This document shows, in pieces, positions 12,686 through 23,878 of a stretch of 64,000 nucleotides of DNA. The stretch spans positions 62,001 to 126,000 of the forward strand of contig MU005978.1 of NCBI GenBank assembly GCA_010093745.1, given 5' to 3'. The DNA is from Piedraia hortae CBS 480.64. Its lineage: Eukaryota. Under the pieces are notes generated by a model. It made no database searches. It saw only the letters and a program-made list of their open reading frames with translations, and had not been told where the DNA came from. The stretch's first letter is position 1. Every line of letters begins with the position of its first letter. The position numbers were made by a program, and so were the translations under genes.

Positions 12686-14547
12686 TCTTTTTAGCTGCAA
12701 TCGAAGGTCCACGCGCACCACCATCGTTTTTATGTGAAGTATCGCAAACTTCAGCTGCCTTCGCGCGCTGGACACGGCAATTTTTGCCGGTGCTGGATGA
12801 GGCTACATTGGTGGTATACTCATTAGCGTTGTTAGCACGCTTTTTGGACCTGATGGTCGCCATTACTGTTGATTAGGTGGAGTGGGACAAACTTTTTTAA
12901 AGTTTCCTCAGCAGGCTGTACCGCTGGCGTTGACGTGTGCGGTCAATCGCATTCGTATGCCAGCGTGGCAATGGGGATGCATGACTAAGTGTCCATCGAC
13001 GCCTTCATTCACGGGTCTTCTAGGTTTTTGATGGTTGATGCTATCTAAATGTGCCATGCCGCAGAATTTCGCAAGAGATCCCAGACTATGATGCTCACAG
13101 CGAGTTTGAAAGAGCAGTGTTCTTCGACATCTCACCCTCTTGATGACATTTGATACAGCTTTGTCCTGGCTCTTTACCAATCAAGGTCGGTCTTTGCCTA
13201 ACAAAGGATACGCCAAGGGAGTTTCCACTGAAATATCGATAGCGCAGCTCGGATAGGTCTCTACACAGATTATGCCATTCCCGTGATTACAACCATTTGT
13301 CCATTCTAAAGCAACGCGGGAAAGGAAAGGCGTGGAATTGCGAATTTTTCTAAGGGACTGCTGAGCACGGCAATGATTCGCATCGACTCCTGGTCCCATT
13401 TGCTCTAATGATAGTTGCAAAGAAGACGCAAGATTGAAATACTTCATTGGTCATTCGTGATGGGCCAGCAATACTTCAAGAATTACAAGGCGCTGACGAT
13501 TGATCTCATGCGCGCTGAGTGAATGCAGAGGCGGCCCCGATATACGGATCGCGATGGCAGAATATGGTAGACGCTGGACAATATCTTTATGAACCAGGAC
13601 CAGTCGCTGAAGATAGAAAAGCCAATTCTGGGAATTGCACGCCTTGTCAGAAGATGACAGAAATCCCGGACACATATGCCTTGAGTCAAATGATAGGACG
13701 CCTGGAGTACGAAGCCTGAATCAGGAACCTTCCTTGGAATCCATGATCTTGCTCCAAGGCGGAAATTTAGACAAGTGCACTTTGCAACGTGAACAATAGT
13801 TGTGGTGCGATCCGTTCTGGCTGACCAACAAACAGATCCAGGGTGGACGACTCCACACAAATACAAGTATGACTCATGGTTCAATCCCTTTTGAATCATA
13901 TTTCTATCATTCATCGCTAACTTGCCACAAAATTTCAATCGTCTCGACGACGGCATCACAGGCCAAGTATCATCCCCATGATGTAGGAAAGCTTTTGAGT
14001 AACGGTGGCAGGTAACTGACAGCAATCCACAGTAAGGGTCTTGTTGAGGTCAAGCAAACGAAGCAGAATTCACTCTAGAGCAATACCAAGCAACTTCAAT
14101 TATCAGAAAGCAAAAGGGACTCCGACCAGCAGGAGGTGGAGTGATTAAAGTCATTACAAGTTCTGAAAGGCTGGCTGAATCCGTGCTTTCCCACAAATCT
14201 GTTATCCAGAAATGAGCGACTCACGCAATTGCGAGGATGACAGAGTGTATCTTTCACGCTGATTGTGCACGTCGATAACAGGTTTCCAAAGAAACCTTTA
14301 CAAGCTCAATCTATCACTGAGCGCACAACAAGGTGGACCGTGTAAGAAATGCAGTCGCTTGACTATTTCTTGCTACGACCGAGGGGAGGTCGATGATGCG
14401 ATTTGAGTTATTCATCTACTAATTCTTATTGTAGCATAAGTTGAGGAGAACAAGTGCGACTATACCATCACAAGAGGGAAGAGAGTGAGTGAGTGAAAGA
14501 GCAAGCTGTACCGTGTCTGTACCAAAGAGTAAATATGCGCCGCATGG

Positions 14548-14862
14548 TGTCAGAGGATCTTAGAGGTTTAAACCCTGCGAAGCCTTGACCTCTGTATCAG
14601 GGGAAGTTTCCTTTGGGACGAGGTACGGTTCTATTCATGTTCAGTGCGTGCTAGTGACGTTGTCTCGGCGAATGCGTCTGAACCTGGGTTAGCGTGAGGT
14701 AATATTCGGCAGATAAAGTTCACCTCACCCCACCTGACCAACATGAATTACATTCACAGACATGCACACACACACACACACATTCAGCCGAGGTCGAGCG
14801 ACCTAACACACTTACCTTTTGTATAGTCTCCACTTCCACCATCGGAGGCTAACCCTCCGACA
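14548..14862 (+). mobile_element. Solo LTR, family C (related to B; 315 bp), TSD CATGG
   Basis: TGTCAG...CCGACA ends, CATGG on both flanks. Shares the terminal TCGGAGG/CCTCCGA stem with family B. Contains an internal (CA)n run. Confidence 0.88.
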
Positions 14863-15791
14863 CATGGCACAAGTAATCAGTGTGTTCCGTTAAGGTTACT
14901 TGATCGAGGAAAGAGAGCGGAGATGGAAGAAGGTAACGGACCAGGCATGCAGCAAAACATCCATGTGGAAAGGTCATACGCTCCGGGTTGAGCAAGATCA
15001 AGTCGACGAGACTCACCCGCCCTGAATACGCGCTCAGCATGCTAATTGGCAGAGGCCCACAGCGGTTGAGAGCCCTTACAAACGCGTATCAGTCCTTCAA
15101 GTGGAGAGCAGATCAACTCAGCTCCAGCCCATTTCCGACATGGAGCGAACGGAAATCTCTGGAACAAGAGACACTGGAGCCATAGACCTCCGGCATTACC
15201 CGTTCCAGCGAAGAGAACCAGAAGTCCGCTCACCCTTTCTGTGATTATGAAGGATATATTATGACAACGGTTGCACACCCAAGCGGTGGGCAAAACCAGC
15301 GTCCTTCCTTAGCGCTTCGCAAGATGATGCGACCAAGCAACATATTTTCACGTCTCATGCCATCAGAATTGGGTCTACGATGTTCAATTTTTGCGTGTAT
15401 ATAGCGCTACAGAGATAGAATATCCAGGACATGATTTGGAAGGCCAATACTTCGTATTATCCCAGTCAGCATTAGTAATGGCCGAGAGACCTGTTGGTAT
15501 TGCAAAACGGCACATGTCGATCGAATTCTACAAAAGACCCACTAGGGGCGACTTCTTCAACCAGAGAACCGATCCAATATAGTTGTTTCCTCATCGGCTG
15601 ATTTAAATGTTGCCAGGCATTCTTGAGGGTTTCAAAGAGCGTTTGTGCTTGCGTCTGACGAGGTTGTTGACCGTAAAGGAAGGCAATTGTGATTGAATGA
15701 ATGAAAGTGCCCGTGGTTCTAACGACGAGTTTAAATATATACAATGGCTGGTGAGAAGTGTAACGAACACTAATTTTACTGCGAACATTAG

Positions 15792-16097
15792 TGTCAAAAG
15801 GATGTAGCACCCACCATGACCAGAACCTTAGATAGAAGTCGAAACTTCTCAGGGTTTTTACCTCTATAGAGGAAGTTTTCCCTGAGACGGGTCATTGTCT
15901 CGTTCATGCTTAAGGGCATGGTTCGCTGACGTTGTCCTGGCAAATGCGGTTAGACTGAGATAGTGTGGGGGAGGTTTCGAACCTCACCTCATAGAGATAG
16001 ACAATTACATTTTCACCTTTTTTAGTAAAAGTTGAGTGAAAACTTTCGTCGTTGACATCCACTCCGCTCTAGTCCTCGGAGGTTCACCCCTCCGACA
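15792..16097 (+). mobile_element. Solo LTR, family B copy 1 (306 bp), TSD ATTAG
   Basis: TGTCA...CGACA ends, ATTAG on both flanks. Homologs at 23577..23878 and 63331..63635. Confidence 0.92.
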
Positions 16098-17528
16098 ATT
16101 AGTGACTGGCGAAAAGGGATTTTGCCTGAACTGTTGATTGGCAAAGTAATAATTCAGAATCAGTATCCTAATAGTCAGAGACCGATAACCAGGCGCGTCT
16201 CAGGAGTGATCAGCACTGACGTGGGATTGGTAGTGCAGCCAACTCAAAATGATCGTACATAGTGGGCTGACTTGAAACATTCTTGTAATTATTATAGCCA
16301 ACCAGCCACAGAATTTCCATGTAACAAATTGGTAACTTTCAACGCGGAAACCACAGGGAAGTACATATAGCCAGCAATTTACATTCCAAACCTCAAGGTT
16401 AACTCCCTCCCCACCTCTCAGAAAACCTCCTCACATCCCAGAAACTACACCTTACACTCCTAAAAAGCCCACCAATCCCCATGTTAAAACCCCTTACGAC
16501 AGCCCAAAATTCAAAATCCAAATCAAAACACAAACCGGCACCCCAAGCCCAATCGCACCAATCACACCAAAAAAACACGCTCTCCTCGCATACGAGTCCA
16601 AAGGTGTAGGGGCATTTGCTTCGCAATCTAATCTACCATTAGTCTGTTCACTGTGTGTGGGTGTGTCTTTGAGCTTGTAGGCGTGTGCGTGTGCGCGAAT
16701 GTGGGGAAAACCAAACCCAAATCCCACACTCTAGTCCCCCATTCTCAACTGAGAAAGGAAGACATACCTTGAAAATATAAAGTCGCTGGAAACTCGATTT
16801 CTCGCTGGTGTGGTAGACCCATGATAGAATTCTTTGATAGAGTTTCTCGTAGTAAAGCGCGTTATTTAAGTGTCTCGTTGGGCTTTATGATGTAGAGTTG
16901 CTGCGCATCGCAGGCGAGCTCGGGTAAAGGGGACAGGTGAGGCCTAAGTAAGCTGCTCGGTTAGTCATCCTGTTCCAGAGTAAGCAAAGGGAGGAATGAG
17001 ATGAGAAACGTAAATATACTATTCATCTTTTGAAACTTGGACATAGAGGAGATGGGACACAGTGGATTCCCTACTGTGGAGGGCTGCCAGAACCGCTAAA
17101 CGTAAACACCTGGATAGCGCGGATATTTGGTATAACGGACAAGAATCGTATGACAGATCGACCCAACATCCCCAGGTGCGGTAGAAAAGGCAAGTGGTGC
17201 TAACACTAAGGCTGGTTTAGAGATCAATTGAGTAGAACTAGATGGGTTGGAAATTAGTGCGTCCCAAAAGATTTTCACAGTAGCACGAATGTCCGTCTCC
17301 TCTCTCCATCTGCCAAAGCAGCCATAAGGATATGGCTTTGTGACACAAGAAGATCGCTCTCATATGGTCAAATGCATACTTGTTCATTGCTCATCCATCA
17401 AGTGTCCCATGTACAACTATGAACTATGTATCCACAGGAATAGCGCATTACCTTAGGTGAAACTCAGAATTATCAATCTCAGGACTCCATGCTTTTCGCC
17501 GGCCCCTGTTCATGCAAACGATCAACAC

Positions 17529-19834
17529 TCAAAATTTTTCCGGAGCCTTTGCCCTTGTAGTGGCGGATGCGGAAATGGTCGTAGGTTTGTTGGAATCATT
17601 ATCAGATGTTTTGCTCTCTGTCATTGTACTACGGTCGCTCTCACCGACCGGGTCCATTGAGGTGGCCTTCGTGCTTGCTGCTTCATCATTAGGTATCACA
17701 AAATCGTCAGGAACGTCTAGTGATGATTCGGATTCTTCTTCCACCTCTTCAGTGTCATCCCGTGCGGGAGTTGAAGTGTGTGCTCCTCCGGTCGGCTCCA
17801 CCTTGGATGTAACTGCTGCCGCCGGCAGAGGAGCCGAGACATCCTGTTTGTTTAATGTGGCAGTGGGCACCCCTGACTTACTGTCGCCAGGAAGGGCCAC
17901 AGCAGTTGGTGGCATTTTTCTGTCTGGACAAGCAGGCTTTCCGTCATTGTTGACAGGTGGACGAAGGGAATCCCTCCTGAGTCGTTCGAGCTGGGCTTCT
18001 GGATTCTGTTTTGCAAGAGAACATTTGTTAGCACATCGACCGATTGGACGCAAAGGGTGCGTGGTTCTATCTGGATGATATTATGTGGCATGATATTCGC
18101 AGTGCGGACATACCCATTCAGATTGGTGAGGCACACCCTCTGCGGGGGGCAGATCCTCCATTGGATCGCGATCTACCCCCCAATACGGCTGGCGATGACG
18201 GGGGGCGGGTGTAACTGGCAGGCTAGGTCTTTCGGATTCGGTAGGAAAATCTGTGACCTTCAATGACTCGCGTCTTCGGTTAACAGCTTCTATGAGCTCG
18301 GGTCCCCTGGGCTGGTTGGCGCGAGTGAGTGTCTGCTGCCTGTGAAGACGACGACGTTGCCGGATAGTCAGGTCACGAACGTAGGCGTCAATGCCCTCAA
18401 TCCCGTCCCAGGCGTTGCTATTAACCTGGCCAAGGGAGGTATCCAGACCCTGCCTTTCTGGAGCCCCACGGCGTTTAGAGCCACGGGGCTTGTCATCGCA
18501 TTGAACCTCGAGTTCATCCGCTCCCGCAAAATCCGAATCCGAATATTCTCCTTCCGAGTCAGCCTTAGACAATGGCTCCGACACGGCCTCCGAGAATCGA
18601 CGCTGTGGGACAACAGCATCCGCTCGCTCCTCCCATGGAAAAATTGGAGTGCGTGGGGGGGACATCCATGGAGGCTTCTCTGTGGCCGTTTTGGAGGAAC
18701 GGGACACGCTGCAATCTGCAGGCGGCTGGAACAGCCCAGGATCTTCCGAGAAGACATAAGTTTCTATGTCCAAATTAGCTGCCTCAGGCTGTGAGCCAGG
18801 GGACGGAGCGGTGAGGGTGGCATTCCAGTCTGAAGATGGAGGATTTGCCGGCGGTTTCGGCGCAGATTCAGCCACTGCAGGAGTTTTTAGCTGTTCTGCA
18901 GGCTGCTGAAGGGCTTCCTGTGTAGAATAATGCTCCTGGCTCTCAGTACAAGGCTCGCACCTATCTTTGTAATCTCCAGGAGTGGCTGTGGCAAGCTGCA
19001 TTCGCTGTTCGCCCTGCGCAGCTTCACTTCTTTGATCTACAGGGTATTCGCTAAGGTGCCTATCATAGACGGCCCACCAGCGACTTAGCAGCTCCGCATA
19101 TGCACTTCCTTGCGCAGTATCTTTAGATGCTTGCCAGGGCTTAACGAGGCCGATGAAATGCGCAAGAGATATGCTGCTCTTGTAGTATCGGTAGGCTGGT
19201 TCGTACTGGTAGTTGGCAGACGGTGTACAGTTGTAGCCAAAGCTCAATCTCTTCCACGGCCGGTGTTCGTAGTACTGGTTCAACAACCCTTGATCAGCGC
19301 CGTCAAAGCTATCACCAGCCGAGGCCATTGCCTGCAGGGCATGATACTCGCCCATGTTTGGCGTAATCACCATGACGCCCGTGTTGAAGATGTCGGGCCA
19401 TCCCACGTCCGAAACGGCAGCAAAAGCCTCCGGGGTGTCAAAGAGCTCGTCGGGAGCCCTCAAAGCAACAACGTCGGCATCGATGTAAACGATTTTGCGA
19501 AATTGAACGAGCTTCCAAAGATTGAGCTTGGTGAAAGTGAACAGGAGATCGGGGCGGTTCATGACATAGAGATTTGCTGGGCGAGGGGTGCTCTGCCGAT
19601 CCACGGGAATGACATAATCATACACCGACTGCAGGGCCACAATCGTCGAGTGCTGAAGCGAGTCCGGCGTGATCAGACAGACGAGCTTCTTCTGGGTCCC
19701 GACATCCCTCAGCGAATGAGCCAAAACGGCAGCGCCGGGGAGATACGCATCGGACAAGACAAGCTGCAGGGTCAGCGCTGGCGGCCTTGGACTCGGACGA
19801 CACTCACAGTGCAATACACGTCCTCTGCCACCAT
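17529..19834 (-). CDS. Glycogenin (GT8 glycogenin glucosyltransferase), about 717 aa
   Basis: complement(join(17529..18005,18114..19763,19808..19834)), introns 19807..19764 and 18113..18006. Motifs MVAEDVYCT^LVLSDAYLPGA, TFTKLNLW, YIDAD (DxD), FDGADQGLLN, HFIG..KPW. Confidence 0.9.
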
Positions 19835-20009
19835 GACGAGCGAACAGGGCTACGGGCACATGGAGATCTGAGAATGCAAAACGAACGAAAAATTGGTCAA
19901 TAAGAAGGTCAAAAGATCAACTGACTACCCCGCAGTCACGGTGAACCGCAGGCCGCTAATGAGCTCCCGCGCATTAGCCCCGCGCTAGCACCGGATCCAT
20001 CGGCAACGT

Positions 20010-22055
20010 CTAGCGCGCCTGCTGTCGTCCAACCAGGCCGTTGGTGGTGAGGCCGACCTTGAGCTTCTTCCTGCAATCCGGGCAGTACCACTTCGTGAGA
20101 CGAGGCGGCGGCTCGTCAAGGCCAACACAGCTCATGTGGAACCACTCCTTGTCGCAGTCGTCGTTGTCGCAAGCGATCATCGATCCCCATGACACATCTC
20201 CGCAGGTGCAGTAGCGCGGCTCGTCGGGGTCGATGTATTCTTCTTCTACAGCGGGGAGAGCCGCTGGGTGTTCCTCGGCCTGTCGCTTCTTACGCGGAGC
20301 TGCTTTCCGCTTTGAAACTCCCACCTTGGCATCGCCAGCATCGGAGGTGGTAAGAATGCCGGGTGCAGGACGCTTGCTACGTCGCGGCTCTGGTGTAGCA
20401 AATTGCATGGTGCGTCTGCTGCGTCGTGGGAGCTCCTCCGATGTTGCTCTGCCGCCATCCACTTTCAGTGTCACCGCTGGTTTGGGCTTCGCGGGCGGCG
20501 TTCCTGCACGTGGTGTTGGCTTAGTCTCAACTGGATTAGTGTCAGCTGGCATAGGGTCAACTGGCTCGGCTGGCTGAGTTTCGCCCGGCGCAGTCTCAGG
20601 CGGTGGCGAGTCTGCAACCTTGACTCTTTTCGCAGGCGGCGGCGGTGGGTCGGAGACCATTACGGCGGGCGGAGCCACTGGAGGCAGTCCTGCCGATAGT
20701 ACGGGTATTCTTACCGATGCTGCCGCTTGAATAATGGGCGGAACGATCGGGCTTGGCTCCCGTTTCCGCTTTCTATCTTCTGCGCCCGCTTGAGTCTCCT
20801 GCATATGTGTCTCCTTTACTTGTTGAAGTTCGCGTTCTTCTTCGGCTGCACGCTGTCTCTTGAGCTTCTTAGCCTCATTAAGTCTGATGCCGCGGTTGGA
20901 GGTTTCGGCATCGGCCTCATCGTCAACGACCATCTGCTCTGTATCAACAGATGGGGCTGCTATGGGATTCATCGGCTGTGCTCTTGTCGGATCTGGCTCT
21001 GTCGATTCATCCACAAATATTGTCCCGTTCGCTTCCGCATGGACGCGCGTCTCTTCTCTCACGGCAACGCCACGTCCCAAATCTTTGAGCTCCCTCCTGA
21101 CCATTGTCGCCGAAGGAATCCAGACAGCGTTCTTCTTCATGCGCTTCCGTAGCCTTGCCAATTCCCATTCGGTCAATTTGGTCCACGGCAGCCACTTGCT
21201 GCCTTTAACGGCGTCTGCTGGGGGCGGAACCAGTGCCAGCAGTGCGTTGGATGTGCTAATTCCTGCCACTCCTGAGCGCGCATTGGTGCCTGACTGTCCT
21301 GGCGCTCGTGGTGCTCGAGGCCTTTGCTTCTTCTCTTTTGGCCTCCTCTCCTTTGGAGGTTTCGGAGAACGGGACCGCGGCCCCAGTGGGAGTTTGCCAT
21401 GCGAGGCTTCAGGCACCGGTGACGCACGGGGCGATGACCATTCGGACATGTTGTCCACTGGCGCGTTTGGATCTGGCGGCGGCAGCACCTCGCCCGACAC
21501 GATAATCTTCCTTCCGCGAAGTATGAGGCCCGTTTTGTCTGCCAAATGTCTGGTTGGTCGCTCAGCTGTATCCTCAATGCGCATGCTCATGCCGTGTTCC
21601 CTTCTCAAGTTGGGCGACGTCAAGCCCGACAACTCAGGCGTGGGATCGCGCGACGGTGGCAGCGGCTGCGCCTTCAACTTCTCTGTGACGGTCTTCAGTC
21701 TTTCTGCTTCTCGATGGCATGTTTCGCTCAATCTCGTAGCCTCCTCCACTGCCATGCGGCTGGCGCGTTCGGACTCCTCTAGTGCATAAAAAATGCTCCT
21801 CCGTAGTTCTACGGGATCTTGGCCGGACGTGTCGCAAGCTGGGAGACGGCTATAAATGGTTGCATGATTATGAATAGATCTAATGCTGTGCTCCGAACGC
21901 GCGCGCTGGTTTGCGATCAAGCCCAGGGAGCGCGTGATGTGGGATGGCAAGTGCTCCGTGTAGGCCATGAAGTCCGACAGCGTTGCATACATATCGGGAT
22001 CCGTCTGCGGCTGACAACTTATAGAGCGAAAATCTGACCCAACTGGTAACGCCAT
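20010..22055 (-). CDS. ING-family PHD-finger chromatin protein, about 681 aa
   Basis: Probable start MALPVG at 22055. N-terminal ING-like helix (DFMAYTEHLPSHITRSLGLI) and C-terminal PHD finger EPRYCTCGDVSWGSMIACDNDDCDKEWFHMSCVGL...WYCPDC. Confidence 0.88.
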   Translation of the reverse strand: MALPVGSDFRSISCQPQTDPDMYATLSDFMAYTEHLPSHITRSLGLIANQRARSEHSIRSIHNHATIYSRLPACDTSGQDPVELRRSIFYALEESERASRMAVEEATRLSETCHREAERLKTVTEKLKAQPLPPSRDPTPELSGLTSPNLRREHGMSMRIEDTAERPTRHLADKTGLILRGRKIIVSGEVLPPPDPNAPVDNMSEWSSPRASPVPEASHGKLPLGPRSRSPKPPKERRPKEKKQRPRAPRAPGQSGTNARSGVAGISTSNALLALVPPPADAVKGSKWLPWTKLTEWELARLRKRMKKNAVWIPSATMVRRELKDLGRGVAVREETRVHAEANGTIFVDESTEPDPTRAQPMNPIAAPSVDTEQMVVDDEADAETSNRGIRLNEAKKLKRQRAAEEERELQQVKETHMQETQAGAEDRKRKREPSPIVPPIIQAAASVRIPVLSAGLPPVAPPAVMVSDPPPPPAKRVKVADSPPPETAPGETQPAEPVDPMPADTNPVETKPTPRAGTPPAKPKPAVTLKVDGGRATSEELPRRSRRTMQFATPEPRRSKRPAPGILTTSDAGDAKVGVSKRKAAPRKKRQAEEHPAALPAVEEEYIDPDEPRYCTCGDVSWGSMIACDNDDCDKEWFHMSCVGLDEPPPRLTKWYCPDCRKKLKVGLTTNGLVGRQQAR

Positions 22056-22856
22056 GTTGATAGTTGTAAGTGTTGGTAATGGCGCGTTGAAATTAGGTCG
22101 CGTTGGAGCTATGCGGGCGGATCGGACCGCCTCTATACTGCAGCGGAACAGATCCGCTCTCATACATTGAAATTTTTCCGAAACAGAAATTTTTATCACT
22201 GTTTGACATGAAAAGTAGGAAAGGGAGGCGCAATCATCACAGGGTGGCCGGCTTCAGAAGCTATTGCTTTTGGCAATTCAAGTCGATGGAGTTTAAGGGA
22301 ATACTAGGCGAGAAGGATAGAATGGGGTGAAGGTGTGTATACATATGTGTAGTACAAAATAGCTATAGAGGTATCATATCACCTCAACTGATGGTAATGT
22401 GATAGATAAGCTATAAACCTTTGTATAAGACAATTGTGTCCAGCAAGGAGCTTGTAAGGCATATACGAGAACGGACAGAATTATTGGGCTGTCTGTTGTG
22501 CAGTTCGCCACGGAGCGATCCGCAGGTGATGATCCACATCCCTGACCAGGGTTCTAGTACTCAAAAATTTTCTTGTAGCTCTAAATACGCGTGTATACTG
22601 ACACACCTGTGAGGTGCCGCTGCTTATTAGAACACTGTCCCCATTTGGGTTAGACTGTGCTTCGCTATTGACAGATGACACCATTAGTACATGCGGTGCT
22701 CATATCGCAACTCTGTTGTAACTTGGCGAATTGGGGGTCCAGAATCCAACACAGTATTTTCAGTGAACGTATGAATGCTATCATATGCAAACGGCACATC
22801 GAACAAAGCATGTACGGTGCGGGAGCTTGGAAAGGAAGACTGATGGACGGCAAAGT

Positions 22857-23216
22857 TGTTGGATTCAAGCATCGCCGCTAGCGCGTATGCGGGGCACTTG
22901 CATAGCAAGTCAGCGATATCTCCTACACTACCAGCTGCACCCTAGGTTTTTCCCTCACAGAGGTTTTCCCTGAGGGTCATGTCATACGTGACATGGTGAA
23001 TGCGCCCTGCTAGTGTACAACGTGATGTCACCGGCCCACCGGTACAGAAAATTTATTCTGACGTCCCTTCATAGAGATATATAGTCATTCACACTGTCAT
23101 ATCGACACTGGTATTGACTCATATCCATCTGCATCTGTCCTGTCCCTGTATCCGTCTATCGCTTCGTCCTCTTCGAGCCGCTGCGCACTCTCACCCACGC
23201 GAGCCTAATCGCTACA
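22857..23216 (+). mobile_element. Solo LTR, family A copy 2 (360 bp), no clean TSD
   Basis: TGTTGG...CTACA, reverse complement of 12326..12685. Flanks aaagt/gagtc. Confidence 0.9.
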
Positions 23217-23576
23217 GAGTCTACCGTCGACCTTTGCCCTTACTATGAGGCGGTGGCTAGTGTCGGTCCTTGCCGGTGCCTTAGCATGTCGATCGCATGA
23301 TCGACATTGTTGTCGCTGATAGATTAGTTGTTTCTTGTACATAGTTTCGCCCGCCGGCTCGGGCGGGCGGTCGTGTTGTCTTTCTTTCATCGCTGTTCCA
23401 TCTGTCCACACAAGTGATATTTACGATATCTGGGCTTTTGGACAGACTTTTTCGATCCCTTGCCACTCACGCTGGGAGCTATCGAGTATCCTAGAAATGA
23501 AGCAGTGGCGTGGAATTAGCAAGTGTCAGAATGTGGTAGCTTGAATCGTGGCAGCGGCAACCATCGGGCTCATAAC

Positions 23577-23878
23577 TGTCGGGGTGTAAACCTCCGAGGA
23601 CTGAAGCGCAACGTATATCAGCGACAAATGTGTGCACTCAACTCTGACCAAAAGGTGAATGTAGATGTCTATCTCTATGTGAGGTGAGGTTCGAAACCTT
23701 CTCAACACTACCTCAGTCTAACCGCATTCGCCAGGACAGCATCAGCGAACCATGCCCTTAAGCATGAACGAGACAATGACCCCTCCCAGGGAAAACTTTC
23801 TCTTTAGAGGTAAAACCCTGAGAAGTTTCGACTTCTATCTAAGGTTCTGGTCATGGTGAGTGTCACATCCTTCTGACA
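23577..23878 (-). mobile_element. Solo LTR, family B copy 2, abutting the Tc1 left TIR
   Basis: Reverse complement of 15792..16097 (TGTCGG...CTGACA). Flanks do not match. Confidence 0.88.

Larger units (their letters stand above)
11700..12863 (-). pseudogene. Degenerate low-complexity gene relic interrupted by solo LTR A1
   Basis: The ATG at 12863 (MATIRSKKRAN...) reads up to the LTR. Broken frames continue on the far side (ORF 11774..12166, then coiled-coil-like QILQQMKEIKNEIRQLRG) with stops and frameshifts. Confidence 0.35.

Noticed and set aside
12183..12876. Recurrent short ORFs such as MKLVLTHIHLHLSCP and MLCKCPAYALAAMLE found at several loci
   Set aside because: They recur only because they are read through copies of the family A LTR; there is no sign of coding.
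16326..16337. AAATTGGTAAC matching the Tc1 TIR outer motif
   Set aside because: Only 11 bp with no flanking similarity, so it could be chance.
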